The notes under the pieces: model-generated
Seen by the model: the letters and a program-made list of their open reading frames with translations, nothing else
What the model was told of the DNA's origin: nothing
Database searches by the model: none
In this document: one piece after another, positions 37,448-47,793 of the stretch
Layout of the letters: each line of letters opens with the position of its first letter
Position numbering within the stretch: position 1 is the stretch's first letter
Virus record (IMG/VR): IMGVR_UViG_3300001346_000004
Length of the DNA: 64,000 nt
Origin: an uncultured virus (IMG/VR IMGVR_UViG_3300001346_000004)
Lineage: Duplodnaviria > Heunggongvirae > Uroviricota > Caudoviricetes
Strand: one strand, 5' to 3'
Translations under genes and position numbers: made by a program

Positions 37448-37906
37448 ATGACAAATTGGTATGATAAAGTTTCTAAAGATGTAAACAATATCCCTGCGGC
37501 AGTACAATATTACGAAGCAGAATTATTGCAAGCAAAAAAGGAAACAAATATTACAGGTCGTATTGAAAAAGCATCGTCGGTTATGCCAGCACTTGTTGAA
37601 ACTCGATTTGGGCAACTTCAAGAAATTGAAGCAATACTCGAATACTTAAACATCGAACTTCGCCGTTTACGTGCAACACATTTTAGAAAATATGTTGAAA
37701 ATTATCAACGTCAATTAAGCTCAAGAGACGCTGAAAAATTTGTAGATGGCGAAGCCGATGTTGTTGACTTCGAAAAAATTATAAATGAATTCGCACTACT
37801 ACGTAACAAATGGCTAGGAATAATTAAAGGACTAGACATTAAACAATGGCAGTTATCTAATATTGTTAAACTTAGAACTGCTGGACTAGATGATGCATCA
37901 CTATAA
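37448..37906 (+). CDS. uvsY: Recombination mediator UvsY-like protein
   Basis: Helical protein, YxRxLSSRDAEKFVDG, KGLDIKQWQLSNIVKLR; downstream of uvsX. Confidence 0.75.
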   Translation: MTNWYDKVSKDVNNIPAAVQYYEAELLQAKKETNITGRIEKASSVMPALVETRFGQLQEIEAILEYLNIELRRLRATHFRKYVENYQRQLSSRDAEKFVDGEADVVDFEKIINEFALLRNKWLGIIKGLDIKQWQLSNIVKLRTAGLDDASL

Positions 37907-37953
37907 GTATATAATAAATGGCATACAGATAAGTAACTGTATAAGGAGACTAA

Positions 37954-38541
37954 ATGGCAGAAGTAATAATAGATAATACACAACCACACTTAGGTGGTAA
38001 TAACGTTTCATTAAACAGACATACATTTGCTCCAGAAGCATGGACATATATTATAGAAAAATATAATATTAGATCAGTACTTGATGTAGGAAGCGGATAC
38101 GGCCATCATTCAAAATGGTTTGCACAACAAGGATTAAGGTCTTATGCTATTGAAGGTTTACAACAAAATGTAGACAATGCAGTATACCCGACAAGAAGAG
38201 TTGACTTAACAGAAGGTAGTTACACTACGGAAGTTGAAATGGTAAATTGTATTGAAGTAGTAGAGCATGTCGAAGAGAAATATATTGATAACTTATTAAC
38301 AACATTAACGTGTGGCAAATATATCTTTATGACTCACGGTATTCCCGGACAACGTGGACATCATCATGTAAACTGTCAATGGCAAGAATATTGGATAGAA
38401 CATATGGAAGCCCGAGGGTTTAACTATGCAGAGGCAGATTCAAAAGAAATAAGAAAACTATGTACCGGCACAAAACAAAATAATGAAAACGGTAAGCATA
38501 TTAATGAAAGCGGACTGTTTTTCATAAGAAAGGAAAAATAG
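37954..38541 (+). CDS. Class I SAM-dependent methyltransferase
   Basis: VLDVGSGYG, CIEVVEHV, PGQRGHHHVNCQ..EYW. Confidence 0.8.
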   Translation: MAEVIIDNTQPHLGGNNVSLNRHTFAPEAWTYIIEKYNIRSVLDVGSGYGHHSKWFAQQGLRSYAIEGLQQNVDNAVYPTRRVDLTEGSYTTEVEMVNCIEVVEHVEEKYIDNLLTTLTCGKYIFMTHGIPGQRGHHHVNCQWQEYWIEHMEARGFNYAEADSKEIRKLCTGTKQNNENGKHINESGLFFIRKEK

Positions 38542-39180
38542 ATGGGATACAAACCCTCTTATCTTAATTGGATGAATGATCATATTACTCCAATTTATCC
38601 AAACACATACGGATTAAAGATGCTAGAACTTGGTAATCAAGTTATTCGTCCAGACAAACAAATACACGAAACTACGGGCAAGGCATATTTTACAAGACTA
38701 GGTTACGAGCATACGTCAGTTGATCTTAATGGATTAGACGGTGCGCTAGTAAAAGATTTGTCTAAACTTGAAGACTTTACTGAATTCAAAAATTATTTTG
38801 ATGTAATTACAAATGCCGGAACAATAGAACATGTTGAACCATACGAGTCTCAACATACTGCATTTTTAAACGTTCATAATAGTTTAAAAATTGGCGGCAT
38901 AGCAATACACATTGGTCCTGAACTTGGAGTAACAAAGCCTGGACATTGTCAATATTATTACGATATTCCTTTTTGGGATAATATAACTAATTATTCTGAT
39001 TATACTTTTTTAGGAACTGCTTTACTATCTCGCTGGCGCTTATACGCTGTAAGAAAAACAGGCGATAAATTTATCGATGCTGATCAATTACATTCTAAGA
39101 TTCATAGAATGGAAGGCCCAAAAGGCGGCATGTATATAGACGGCAAAGATAAAAAAGCAAGAAGTAAATTAAAGACTTAA
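38542..39180 (+). CDS. SAM-dependent methyltransferase-like protein
   Basis: MLELGNQ, SVDLNG, FDVITNAGTIEHV, LKIGG. Confidence 0.7.
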   Translation: MGYKPSYLNWMNDHITPIYPNTYGLKMLELGNQVIRPDKQIHETTGKAYFTRLGYEHTSVDLNGLDGALVKDLSKLEDFTEFKNYFDVITNAGTIEHVEPYESQHTAFLNVHNSLKIGGIAIHIGPELGVTKPGHCQYYYDIPFWDNITNYSDYTFLGTALLSRWRLYAVRKTGDKFIDADQLHSKIHRMEGPKGGMYIDGKDKKARSKLKT

Positions 39181-39181
39181 T

Positions 39182-40510
39182 ATGTGCGGATTTGCAGCCA
39201 CAAATTATAGTGATCCGATAACCTCAAATAAACATTGTCAGAACCGAGGTCCTGACATGACTACTGCTGAAAAAATCCGTGGAGTATATTATCTACATAA
39301 TTTGTTACATATTACAGGTGAGTTGACTCCTCAACCGTTAATAAAAGATGATGTAGTATGTGTCTTTAACGGAGAAATTTATAATTATACATCATTTGGA
39401 AATTATAATAGTGACAGTGAATGTATTATAGATCTATATAATACTAAAGGCGAACATTTTGTAAAAGATTTAGACGGAGAATTTGCATTATGTTTAATTG
39501 ATTACAAGAAACAAAAACTAATTATTTCTGTAGATACTTTTAGTTGCAAACCACTTTGGTATGAAATGAGAGACGATAAATTTTGTATTGCATCATACAA
39601 TAGTCAACTAGATGGATTAGGATTTAAGAATGGCAAAAAACTTAAATCAAATACAACACTTGTTTTTAATTTATCTACACTAACACAACTTACTAGTTAT
39701 GAAAACAGAACATTTGATATAAAACAGCACAAAACAACATTTGACGATTGGTTAACAGCATTTAGTAATAGTATTCGTAAACGAACTGCAAATACAAAAC
39801 AAGGTATGTTTGTAGGTTTAAGTTCAGGTTATGACAGTGGTGCTATAACCTGTGAGCTAGAAAAACAAAATGTTTCCTTTAAAACATATTCCATACTTAA
39901 TACAGAAAATCCTAAAATTATGGAAAGAAGATTAAAACTAGTTACTAATGCAGAAGCATTTAATCTTACTACAGACGAATACAATCATTGGCAACAAGAG
40001 CTAGATAATAACTGCGAAGATTTTATTTACGGCACTGGCAAAAAGAAATATAACATAAAAGAAGATCAAGCATCAAAAGGCCTAGCAGCAATTTGTCATA
40101 GGGCTAATAAAGAGAAAAGAAAAATTTATTTCTCAGGACAGGGTGCAGATGAAATTATAAGTGATTACGGATTTGGTGGGGTTAAGAAATATAAACACAG
40201 CGGCTTCGGTGGACTTTTCCCTGAAAGTTTAGATGGATTCTTTCCTTGGCAAAGTTTTTATGACGGAACACAAATAAAATATCTTAATAAAGAAGAATAT
40301 GTAGCAGGACATTTTGGAGTTGAAACTAGATATCCATTCCTTGATAATGACTTAGTACAAGAATTCCTTTGGTTATCTCCTGCATTAAAAAATAGTGTAT
40401 ATAAAAGTTGTTTACACGAATACCTTACTAGAAACAATTTTCCTTTTAAACCTTCTGAAAAGAAAGGGTTTAATGTTGGACAAAAAAAGAAAAAGCACAA
40501 AACTCTTTAA
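39182..40510 (+). CDS. Asparagine synthetase-like glutamine amidotransferase (AsnB family)
   Basis: MCG N-terminal Cys, RGPD, FNGEIYN, LDGEFA, LSSGYDS, SGQGADE, ETRYPFLD. Confidence 0.88.
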   Translation: MCGFAATNYSDPITSNKHCQNRGPDMTTAEKIRGVYYLHNLLHITGELTPQPLIKDDVVCVFNGEIYNYTSFGNYNSDSECIIDLYNTKGEHFVKDLDGEFALCLIDYKKQKLIISVDTFSCKPLWYEMRDDKFCIASYNSQLDGLGFKNGKKLKSNTTLVFNLSTLTQLTSYENRTFDIKQHKTTFDDWLTAFSNSIRKRTANTKQGMFVGLSSGYDSGAITCELEKQNVSFKTYSILNTENPKIMERRLKLVTNAEAFNLTTDEYNHWQQELDNNCEDFIYGTGKKKYNIKEDQASKGLAAICHRANKEKRKIYFSGQGADEIISDYGFGGVKKYKHSGFGGLFPESLDGFFPWQSFYDGTQIKYLNKEEYVAGHFGVETRYPFLDNDLVQEFLWLSPALKNSVYKSCLHEYLTRNNFPFKPSEKKGFNVGQKKKKHKTL

Positions 40511-40546
40511 TTTTATCTCCCATTAACTACGCACATAAATACTACT

Positions 40547-41323
40547 ATGAAAACCATAGTATTAGTAACAGGTGGGTTCGACCCACTGCATAGTGGACAC
40601 ATTGAATATTTCAAAGCAGCAAAAGAACTAGGAGACGAACTAGTTATTGGATTAAATTCTGATGAATGGCTGACTCGTAAAAAAGGCAGACCATTTATGA
40701 CATTCAAAGACAGGTGTGCTATTATCAACAGTTTAGAAGTTGTTGATAGAGTATTGTCATTTAATGACGATGACGATAGTGCATGTGGTGCAATATATAA
40801 ACTAATGGCGACAACAGCAGATTGTAATTATGTTTTTGCTAATGGTGGTGACAGGACAGATTTAACGACACCTGAGAGCAAAATTTACGGCGATCATCCT
40901 AATATAGAATTTGCATTTGGTGTTGGTGGTACAAACAAAATGAATTCAAGTAGTTGGATTCTAGACGAATGGAAGACACAAAAGACAGAAAGAGATTGGG
41001 GATATTGGAGAGTGTTAGATCACAATCCAGAAGCAGGATACAAAGTAAAAGAGCTTGTAATATATCCAGGTAAAAGTTTAAGCGACCAAAAACATTTTAA
41101 GAGATCAGAAGTTTGGTCAATACTTCAAGGTGTTGTAAAAATTAAAACAGAATGGGATAATAGAGTAGATGATGTGCATTTATTACCACATACAAGATCA
41201 TATGAAATAGATAAAGAAGTTTGGCATCAAGCAAGTAACCCTGGCGGTGTGAATGCACATGTGTTAGAGATACAATGGGGCAGCGAATGTATAGAAGAGG
41301 ATATAGAAAGACGTGAAACGTAA
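40547..41323 (+). CDS. Cytidylyltransferase-family nucleotidyltransferase fused to C-terminal cupin (mannose-6-phosphate isomerase type II-like)
   Basis: TGGFDPLHSGH, LNSDEWLTRKKG, FANGGDR, NSSS; then RDWGYW, LSDQKHFKRSEVW, LEIQWG..EEDIER. Confidence 0.85.
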   Translation: MKTIVLVTGGFDPLHSGHIEYFKAAKELGDELVIGLNSDEWLTRKKGRPFMTFKDRCAIINSLEVVDRVLSFNDDDDSACGAIYKLMATTADCNYVFANGGDRTDLTTPESKIYGDHPNIEFAFGVGGTNKMNSSSWILDEWKTQKTERDWGYWRVLDHNPEAGYKVKELVIYPGKSLSDQKHFKRSEVWSILQGVVKIKTEWDNRVDDVHLLPHTRSYEIDKEVWHQASNPGGVNAHVLEIQWGSECIEEDIERRET

Positions 41324-42116
41324 TTGGATTTTTATAAGCAAAGGTAATCAAGACCCTTATATAAATGACTTTGCAAGAGGTTGTGGTGTAATGACTGTAG
41401 ACTCTAACAACTTTGATTATGACGCTTCTGAAGATCCAATTGTATTACGAGGTATTCTAAAAAAGAAATGGATACGTAAATGCTGGAAAGATGGTAGAGA
41501 TTTTTATTATATGGATACAGGATACTTTGGTAATGAACAAACAATAAGTAATCCTAATGGTTGGAAGTATTGGCACAGAATTGTTAAAAACGATTTACAA
41601 CACAACGATATAATAAAACGCCCTTCTAACAGATTTGATTCGTTTAAAAAAAAGTTTAACCCGTGGAAGAAAGACGGAAGAAAAATTTTAATTGCAGCAC
41701 CCGACGAAAAACCAATGAAGTTTTATGAAAAAGATTTAGAACAGTGGATAGAAGATACAACTGCTGAATTAAAAAAGCATACCGATAGACCTATAGAAAT
41801 AAGATCAAGAAGTAAAAATAGGATAGATAGAGTTGTAACCGATACTCTACAACAAGCACTAGATGATGATGTATACGCACTAGTTACATTTAATAGTAAT
41901 GCTGCTGTAGAATCAGTATTTCATGGAATACCAGTATTTCCGTTAGCACCTACAAGTGCTGCTTCTCCTGTCGGTTCAAAAGATTTATCTCAAATAGAAA
42001 ATCCGTACTACCCGGACAAAGATAAATTATACGAATGGGGTTGTCATTTGGCTTACGGACAATTTCATATGAGTGAGTTAAAAACAGGTAAGGCTAGAAG
42101 GATATTAGAACAATGA
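41313..42116 (+). CDS. Capsule-synthesis-like (GT-B) protein, paralogue 1
   Basis: YMDTGY, WHRIVKN, VTFNSNAAVESVFHGIP, LAYGQF..E..G.A. Confidence 0.55.
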   Translation: MKRNWIFISKGNQDPYINDFARGCGVMTVDSNNFDYDASEDPIVLRGILKKKWIRKCWKDGRDFYYMDTGYFGNEQTISNPNGWKYWHRIVKNDLQHNDIIKRPSNRFDSFKKKFNPWKKDGRKILIAAPDEKPMKFYEKDLEQWIEDTTAELKKHTDRPIEIRSRSKNRIDRVVTDTLQQALDDDVYALVTFNSNAAVESVFHGIPVFPLAPTSAASPVGSKDLSQIENPYYPDKDKLYEWGCHLAYGQFHMSELKTGKARRILEQ

Positions 42117-42793
42117 AAGTATTTGTAGGATACGATACAAGAGAAGATATTGCATATCAAGTATGTAAGCACAGCATTATTGCAAGAAGTAAAGAGGCTG
42201 AAGTAATTCCTCTTAAACAACAAGAACTAAGAGATGCAGGATGGTACAAAAGACCCATTGATAAATTAGCATCAACAGAATTTACGTTTACAAGATTTTT
42301 GATACCAGAACTAACTAACTTTAAAGGTTGGGCAGTGTTCATGGACAGTGACATGATATTAACAACAGATATTGCAGAACTGTTTGAACAAGCAGATGAC
42401 AAGTATGCTGTTATGTGTGTACAACATGATTATAAAGTAACTGAAACTACAAAGATGGATGGTCAAAAACAAACAATCTATCCACGTAAGAATTGGAGCT
42501 CGATGGTATTATGGAACTGTGGACACCCTAGTAACAAAGTTGTTAATCAAGACTTTGTAAACGAAACTGAACTCAACGGAGCATATATGCATCGCTTTAG
42601 TTGGTTAAAAGATGAAGAAATTGGTAGCATTGATCACACATGGAACTATCTAGTAGGTGTATATGATGATATTGAAAAACCAAAACTAATTCATTACACA
42701 GAAGGTGGACCGTGGTTTGAAAATTATAGAGACTGTGAATTTCATGCTGAATGGAAAAATGAATTATTTAATATGATGGAAGACGAGGTTTAA
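42113..42793 (+). CDS. GT-A glycosyltransferase (GT8-like)
   Basis: VFVGYDTRE, STEFTFTRF, FMDSDM, YPRKNWSS, WNYLVG, HYTEGGPW. Confidence 0.8.
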   Translation: MKVFVGYDTREDIAYQVCKHSIIARSKEAEVIPLKQQELRDAGWYKRPIDKLASTEFTFTRFLIPELTNFKGWAVFMDSDMILTTDIAELFEQADDKYAVMCVQHDYKVTETTKMDGQKQTIYPRKNWSSMVLWNCGHPSNKVVNQDFVNETELNGAYMHRFSWLKDEEIGSIDHTWNYLVGVYDDIEKPKLIHYTEGGPWFENYRDCEFHAEWKNELFNMMEDEV

Positions 42794-43572
42794 TGGCAAA
42801 CAAACTTAGTTTAGAAGAATCACTAGTTATAGGTTCTGGCGGTAAGTTAACTACAGACCCTAAAGATACTTCTAAACCTCTTGTTGTTAGAGGCGTAATA
42901 AAAAAAGATCATGTAAATGCATGCATCAAAGCAGGCAGAGATTTTTACTATATTGATACAGGCTATCTTGGTAACTTTGTTAGTAAAGGAAATCCAAGCG
43001 GTAAAAAACTTTGGCACAGAGTAGTTAAAAACGAAAACCAGCATTCTAAAATAAGAAATGTTCCAACTGACAGATGGCAGAAACTACTAGAACAAGATCC
43101 TAGTCTTAGTTGGTCTGGATGGAAAAATAATAACAAGAAAATTTTATTAGTTTTACCTAACCCCAAAGCATGTAGATATTATGGAATAGATTATGATACG
43201 TGGGTAAAAGAAACTACTTCAAATATTGAAAAGTATAGCAACTTACCAATTGAAGTAAGAGTAAAAGGATCAAGATCCGCAAGAGTAAAAGAATACACAA
43301 TATACGATGCTTTAGACAGCGGAACATATGCAACAGTAACTATGAATAGTATGGCTGCAATGGAATCTGTAGTACATGGTGTTCCTGCATTTGTAAGTGT
43401 TCCGTGTGCCGCAAGTCCTTTAGCATCGCATAACATTGAAGATTTATCAAACCCATTTAAGCCAACCCAACAAATAATTGAACAACAATGTGCAAGTCTA
43501 GCCTACGGGCAGTTTACTATTGAAGAAATAGAAAACGGTACAGCATACGAACTAACGGAAGAATATTCATGA
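42793..43572 (+). CDS. Capsule-synthesis-like (GT-B) protein, paralogue 2
   Basis: YIDTGY, WHRVVKN, VTMNSMAAMESVVHGVP, LAYGQF..E...G.A. Confidence 0.55.
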   Translation: MANKLSLEESLVIGSGGKLTTDPKDTSKPLVVRGVIKKDHVNACIKAGRDFYYIDTGYLGNFVSKGNPSGKKLWHRVVKNENQHSKIRNVPTDRWQKLLEQDPSLSWSGWKNNNKKILLVLPNPKACRYYGIDYDTWVKETTSNIEKYSNLPIEVRVKGSRSARVKEYTIYDALDSGTYATVTMNSMAAMESVVHGVPAFVSVPCAASPLASHNIEDLSNPFKPTQQIIEQQCASLAYGQFTIEEIENGTAYELTEEYS

Positions 43573-44711
43573 AACTTTTATTAAACAATAAAGAAATTGC
43601 AAATTTTTTAATAAGTTTAATAAATTTGGAAAAGCAAGTAGCAAAAAGAATTGATGAAGTAACAGATTTTAATTTGAACGAAGTTACTAACGCATTTGCA
43701 GAAAGAGAGTCAGAACGTAAACGTCGTGCTATGTTAAAAGGACAAGATTTTATTCCACCAAAAGATCATATAGATGATGCTGGCAAGAACAAACTCTACG
43801 AAAAAATATTTAAAGGTGTAAGTAGAGATCTAGAGTTATATGTTAGAACTATAAAAGAAGAAAGAGGAAAAACTAAACAAGATATATTTCACGGAGTTCA
43901 CAGCAATATAGAAACATTTATAGAAAGATTAGGTAAAGAATATATTTTACAAAAGTATCAAAAAAGCCCTTATAAAGATTTTGTAAAAGGTACAGGTAAT
44001 ACGTTAACAAAGAACCCTCAACTAATAAGAAGAAAAGAGTTTAAAAACTACAAAGAAGATTGCTTAATTAGGAATACTGTAGGTAATGAAGAACTATTAG
44101 TAACGAAAATTGATAAACAATATCCTATGTGGTTTATAGATAGTGGTTATACAAATTTTCTAGAACCAAATAAAAAATGGCATAGACTAGTTCGTAATCA
44201 TATGCACTTTGGTAAATCATTTGATGCACCTACAAGTAGATTGAAGAACTTTCCTATTTTTCCTGTGCCGTGGCGCAAGAATGGTGAGATAATTTATGTG
44301 ATAGAACCTGGACCATTTGCAGCAAATGTTTTTCATATAAATTTAAAAACATGGAAGTATGATGTTGCTAAAGAATTAAGAAAATACACAGACAAACGTA
44401 TTGTATTTAGAAAGAAAGCACCTCTTAGACAGCGTCCTAAGTTGATTAAGCAGTTATTAGACGAGGATTATTGTTGTGTAGTAAGTATTAATAGTAATGC
44501 TGCTACAGAAGCAATATGGGCTGGTATACCTGCAATAACATTAGGAACACATATAACTAATCCTGTAACTAGAAACAAACTTAGTGATATAAACGACCTA
44601 TATTATGGAGATATATCTAAATGGTTGTGCATGCTAAGTTATAGCCAGTTTACCAAAGAAGAACTAATAAATGGAACAGCAAAAAGGATAGTTGATAAGT
44701 ATCATGGCTAA
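43569..44711 (+). CDS. Capsule-synthesis-like (GT-B) protein, paralogue 3, with N-terminal extension
   Basis: FIDSGY, WHRLVRN, VSINSNAATEAIWAGIP, LSYSQF..E...G.A. Confidence 0.55.
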   Translation: MKLLLNNKEIANFLISLINLEKQVAKRIDEVTDFNLNEVTNAFAERESERKRRAMLKGQDFIPPKDHIDDAGKNKLYEKIFKGVSRDLELYVRTIKEERGKTKQDIFHGVHSNIETFIERLGKEYILQKYQKSPYKDFVKGTGNTLTKNPQLIRRKEFKNYKEDCLIRNTVGNEELLVTKIDKQYPMWFIDSGYTNFLEPNKKWHRLVRNHMHFGKSFDAPTSRLKNFPIFPVPWRKNGEIIYVIEPGPFAANVFHINLKTWKYDVAKELRKYTDKRIVFRKKAPLRQRPKLIKQLLDEDYCCVVSINSNAATEAIWAGIPAITLGTHITNPVTRNKLSDINDLYYGDISKWLCMLSYSQFTKEELINGTAKRIVDKYHG

Positions 44712-45621
44712 TTTTACAGCAGTGGCATATTTTGGAGGTATTCCTCCTAATAACAATAATCCAGAAAAACCGTTAATACTTAATAACTTCCTACAAGGAG
44801 TACAAGTAACTGGTGATCGTGCAATTGCACATCAGGGTTTCAATACTATTGATTGTGATGTTGCACTTATACAAGGATTTGTTCATGAACACGGTAAGAC
44901 AGCACCGCACTTGCAGTTGCGACAGCGTGCAGTAGAACAACAGAAACAAACAGGTAAAAGAAGTTTGATAGTTGATAGTAATTTATTTCTTTATGCTGAT
45001 CCTGGCAATACTAAACACTACCTAAGATATAGTTTTGACGGAGTATTTCCTACTACGGGTTATTATTTTACTGAAGAAGTTGATCCGACACGTTGGCAAA
45101 AGATTAGTGCTAATCTCGGACTTAGTTTAAAACCATATAGAAAAACTGGTAATCATATACTAGTATGTTGTCAACGCAACGGTGGGTGGAGCATGAAAGG
45201 TATTCCTGTACAAAACTGGTTAGATCAAACTATCAAACAAATACAAACGTTCACTGATAGACCTATTGTTGTAAGGCCTCATCCTGGTGATAAGAAATGG
45301 CGTAACTATCTTTTACTTAACAAGTATAAAAATGTTACATTAAGCACACAACATGTACTACAGGATTTACAAAATGCTTGGGCAACAGTATTGCACAATA
45401 GTAGTCCAGCAGTTGCAAGTTCAATTGAAGGTGTACCTGTATTTTTAACTAATGCTCAAGAAAGCCAAGCAGCAGATGTTTGTAATACTAATCTAAAAAG
45501 TTTAGAAGATCCAAAAATGTTTGATAGACAAGCATGGATTGAAAAACTTTCTATGTGTCATTGGAATTTTGATGAATTAAGATCCGGTGAAGCCTGGCAG
45601 TTTTTTAGAAAATTTATTTAA
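44704..45621 (+). CDS. Capsule-synthesis-like (GT-B) protein, paralogue 4
   Basis: RPIVVRPHP, LHNSSPAVASSIEGVP, WIEKLSMCHWNFDELRSGEAW. Confidence 0.55.
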   Translation: MANFTAVAYFGGIPPNNNNPEKPLILNNFLQGVQVTGDRAIAHQGFNTIDCDVALIQGFVHEHGKTAPHLQLRQRAVEQQKQTGKRSLIVDSNLFLYADPGNTKHYLRYSFDGVFPTTGYYFTEEVDPTRWQKISANLGLSLKPYRKTGNHILVCCQRNGGWSMKGIPVQNWLDQTIKQIQTFTDRPIVVRPHPGDKKWRNYLLLNKYKNVTLSTQHVLQDLQNAWATVLHNSSPAVASSIEGVPVFLTNAQESQAADVCNTNLKSLEDPKMFDRQAWIEKLSMCHWNFDELRSGEAWQFFRKFI

Positions 45622-46462
45622 ACTGTTGCCAATAAGGTTCTGTTCTTGGAACTTTTAAATCGTCTCTTTTACTTTGTCCAAGTTGTTTTCTACCACCTTT
45701 AAGATGATCTAGATATGCACCCCACTCGCAGTTTATTAGTGGATGACCTTCACCTGTACTCATACCCGGTCGTGGTCTAATATCATTTAATGATGCTGCC
45801 CAATCAGTTTGTTTAAAATTAGAGAAGCGTGTTCTTACACCGTCAAATACAAAACTATCATGCCATTCTGCCATTGAAAAGATGCCGCCATTACCTTCTG
45901 CATCATCATATACACGTTGAAATTCTTTTAAAAAGTTTATAGTGTTTTCAGAAGTTAAACGCATAGCGTATAATCCGCATTCACTATATTTTCCTTTTCT
46001 TCCTAAGTAACAAAGTTCTTGCTTATCTGGTAGTAACCTTGATATTTGTTTTTCTGATATAGGACTGTGACAAATAGTATCTGCATCCATCCACATTAAC
46101 CATTCCGTATTGCATTCTTTTGCACAAGAAAAAATACTATAAACCTTGTGTGCAAAACGAACAGCATGCCATTTAAATCCCTTGCCGCTGTCTTTTCTTT
46201 TACTTCTAATTGGATCAGCACTAACATCACCATTTGCTTTAGGTACGCCTTTCCATTTATTTTTAAATGCTACAAGCTCAGGACTAGATTGATGTAAGTC
46301 TTTAACAATTAAGTTTGGTGCAGATTCAGTTACTGTGCAATCTTCTGCGTACACGTACAACTTAATACTACTAGGCCAATTTTTTAAGAACGATTCTATC
46401 ATACGTTTTCCATAGGTATCGTAACCCTGCTTATGAAAAGTAGTAATAACTGTTACATTCAT
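45614..46462 (-). CDS. GT-A glycosyltransferase-like protein
   Basis: VITTFH..GY..YGKRMIESF, AVRFAHKVY, WMDAD (DxD), EWHDS, HLKG. Confidence 0.7.
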   Translation of the reverse strand: MNVTVITTFHKQGYDTYGKRMIESFLKNWPSSIKLYVYAEDCTVTESAPNLIVKDLHQSSPELVAFKNKWKGVPKANGDVSADPIRSKRKDSGKGFKWHAVRFAHKVYSIFSCAKECNTEWLMWMDADTICHSPISEKQISRLLPDKQELCYLGRKGKYSECGLYAMRLTSENTINFLKEFQRVYDDAEGNGGIFSMAEWHDSFVFDGVRTRFSNFKQTDWAASLNDIRPRPGMSTGEGHPLINCEWGAYLDHLKGGRKQLGQSKRDDLKVPRTEPYWQQFK

Positions 46463-46463
46463 T

Positions 46464-46862
46464 TTAAACTCCTCTTGAACTCCACTGATGCATATATCCT
46501 AACTGTGCAACTGCTACATATCCTAATTGATATAAGACTTTAGTATATTTCCTTTCAAGTACATCGTTACCTTCAACAAACACATCAGGGCCTTTAGTTA
46601 GTAAAGGAGATATATTATCTATAAATTCTACTTTATCCAAATCAATAAAAACTCCACTTACGTTGGCTAACTGAAATACACTTTGAAAATCTTTTCGTTG
46701 TATAAGATTTTTTACTTTAAGTTCTAATGTACTTTCTAGTACAAACACTGTATTAAACATACCTAAAAAGTCTTGAATATGTCCAAAGCCGTCTCCGATC
46801 ACAAGGCAGTCGTTTGGATGATTTCTTATGTTTTTTGATAATCTTTTTTGAAATTTATTCAT
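46464..46862 (-). CDS. Hypothetical protein
   Basis: 132-aa ORF tightly upstream of the GT gene; CLVIGDGFG suggests a degenerate Rossmann/methyltransferase fold. Confidence 0.55.
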   Translation of the reverse strand: MNKFQKRLSKNIRNHPNDCLVIGDGFGHIQDFLGMFNTVFVLESTLELKVKNLIQRKDFQSVFQLANVSGVFIDLDKVEFIDNISPLLTKGPDVFVEGNDVLERKYTKVLYQLGYVAVAQLGYMHQWSSRGV

Positions 46863-46901
46863 TCTAAACCATTAAATACTACTATATTTATTGGAGACAT
46901 C

Positions 46902-47762
46902 ATGCGTTTCAAACTTTTCCGACAGCACGGAGCACTAAACAGTCCTAGCATATTTGATGCATTTGAACAAGGACTTAAAGCACAAGGACACCAAATAGTA
47001 GATAATAACGAAGATGTTACTGTTATTTGGAGTGTGTTGTGGCATGGAAGAATGAGTCCTAATCAACAAATTTACGAAGCATGTATTGCACAAAATAAAC
47101 CTATTATAATTATAGAAGTAGGTAATTTAAAAAGAAATGAAACTTGGCGTATATGTCTTAACCATATCAATGGCTTAGGAGAATTTGGTGCTAACGAGGA
47201 TATCGATGTAGACAGACCTAAGAAGTTAGGATTACAAATGTCTTTACCTAACGTCAATAGAAGCAACAAGATATTAATTGCTACACAGCACGAAAAAAGT
47301 TTGCAGTGGAAAGGTATGACTTCTATGACTGATTGGACTATGCAAACAATAGATAAGATTAGAAAAATTACAAATCGCCCTATTGTTATTAGGCCGCATC
47401 CAAGGTCGCCGATGCCTGGTATTGAACATGAATTTACAAATGTAACAAGACAGCAACCTATACAAGTAAGTGGCACATATGATAACTTTGATATTGTATA
47501 TAATTATCATGTAGTTATAAATCATAACAGTGGACCTCCGATACTTGCTGCAATTGCAGGCACGCCGGTAATTACAGACAAGAGCAGCCTAGCATATCCT
47601 GTAAGTGATACTATAGATAATATTGAAGACCCTAAACTGCCTGATGATAGACTTTTATGGTTTACTAAACTTACACATTGTGAGTGGACAGTTGAAGAAA
47701 TTCAACAAGGTATTCCTATCAAACGATTAGAAAAGTTTATTAAAACGCAAGTAAGTCATTGA
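46902..47762 (+). CDS. Capsule-synthesis-like (GT-B) protein, paralogue 5
   Basis: IEVG, RPIVIRPHPR, INHNSGPPILAAIAGTP, WFTKLTHCEWTVEEIQQG; GGAG RBS before 46902. Confidence 0.55.
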   Translation: MRFKLFRQHGALNSPSIFDAFEQGLKAQGHQIVDNNEDVTVIWSVLWHGRMSPNQQIYEACIAQNKPIIIIEVGNLKRNETWRICLNHINGLGEFGANEDIDVDRPKKLGLQMSLPNVNRSNKILIATQHEKSLQWKGMTSMTDWTMQTIDKIRKITNRPIVIRPHPRSPMPGIEHEFTNVTRQQPIQVSGTYDNFDIVYNYHVVINHNSGPPILAAIAGTPVITDKSSLAYPVSDTIDNIEDPKLPDDRLLWFTKLTHCEWTVEEIQQGIPIKRLEKFIKTQVSH

Positions 47763-47787
47763 CTTCTTAGCTCAACTACGTTATAAT
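47759..47787 (+). promoter_or_regulatory. Sigma70-type promoter
   Basis: TTGACT-17nt-TATAAT, with ATG 6 nt downstream. Confidence 0.7.
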
Positions 47788-47793
47788 AACAAT

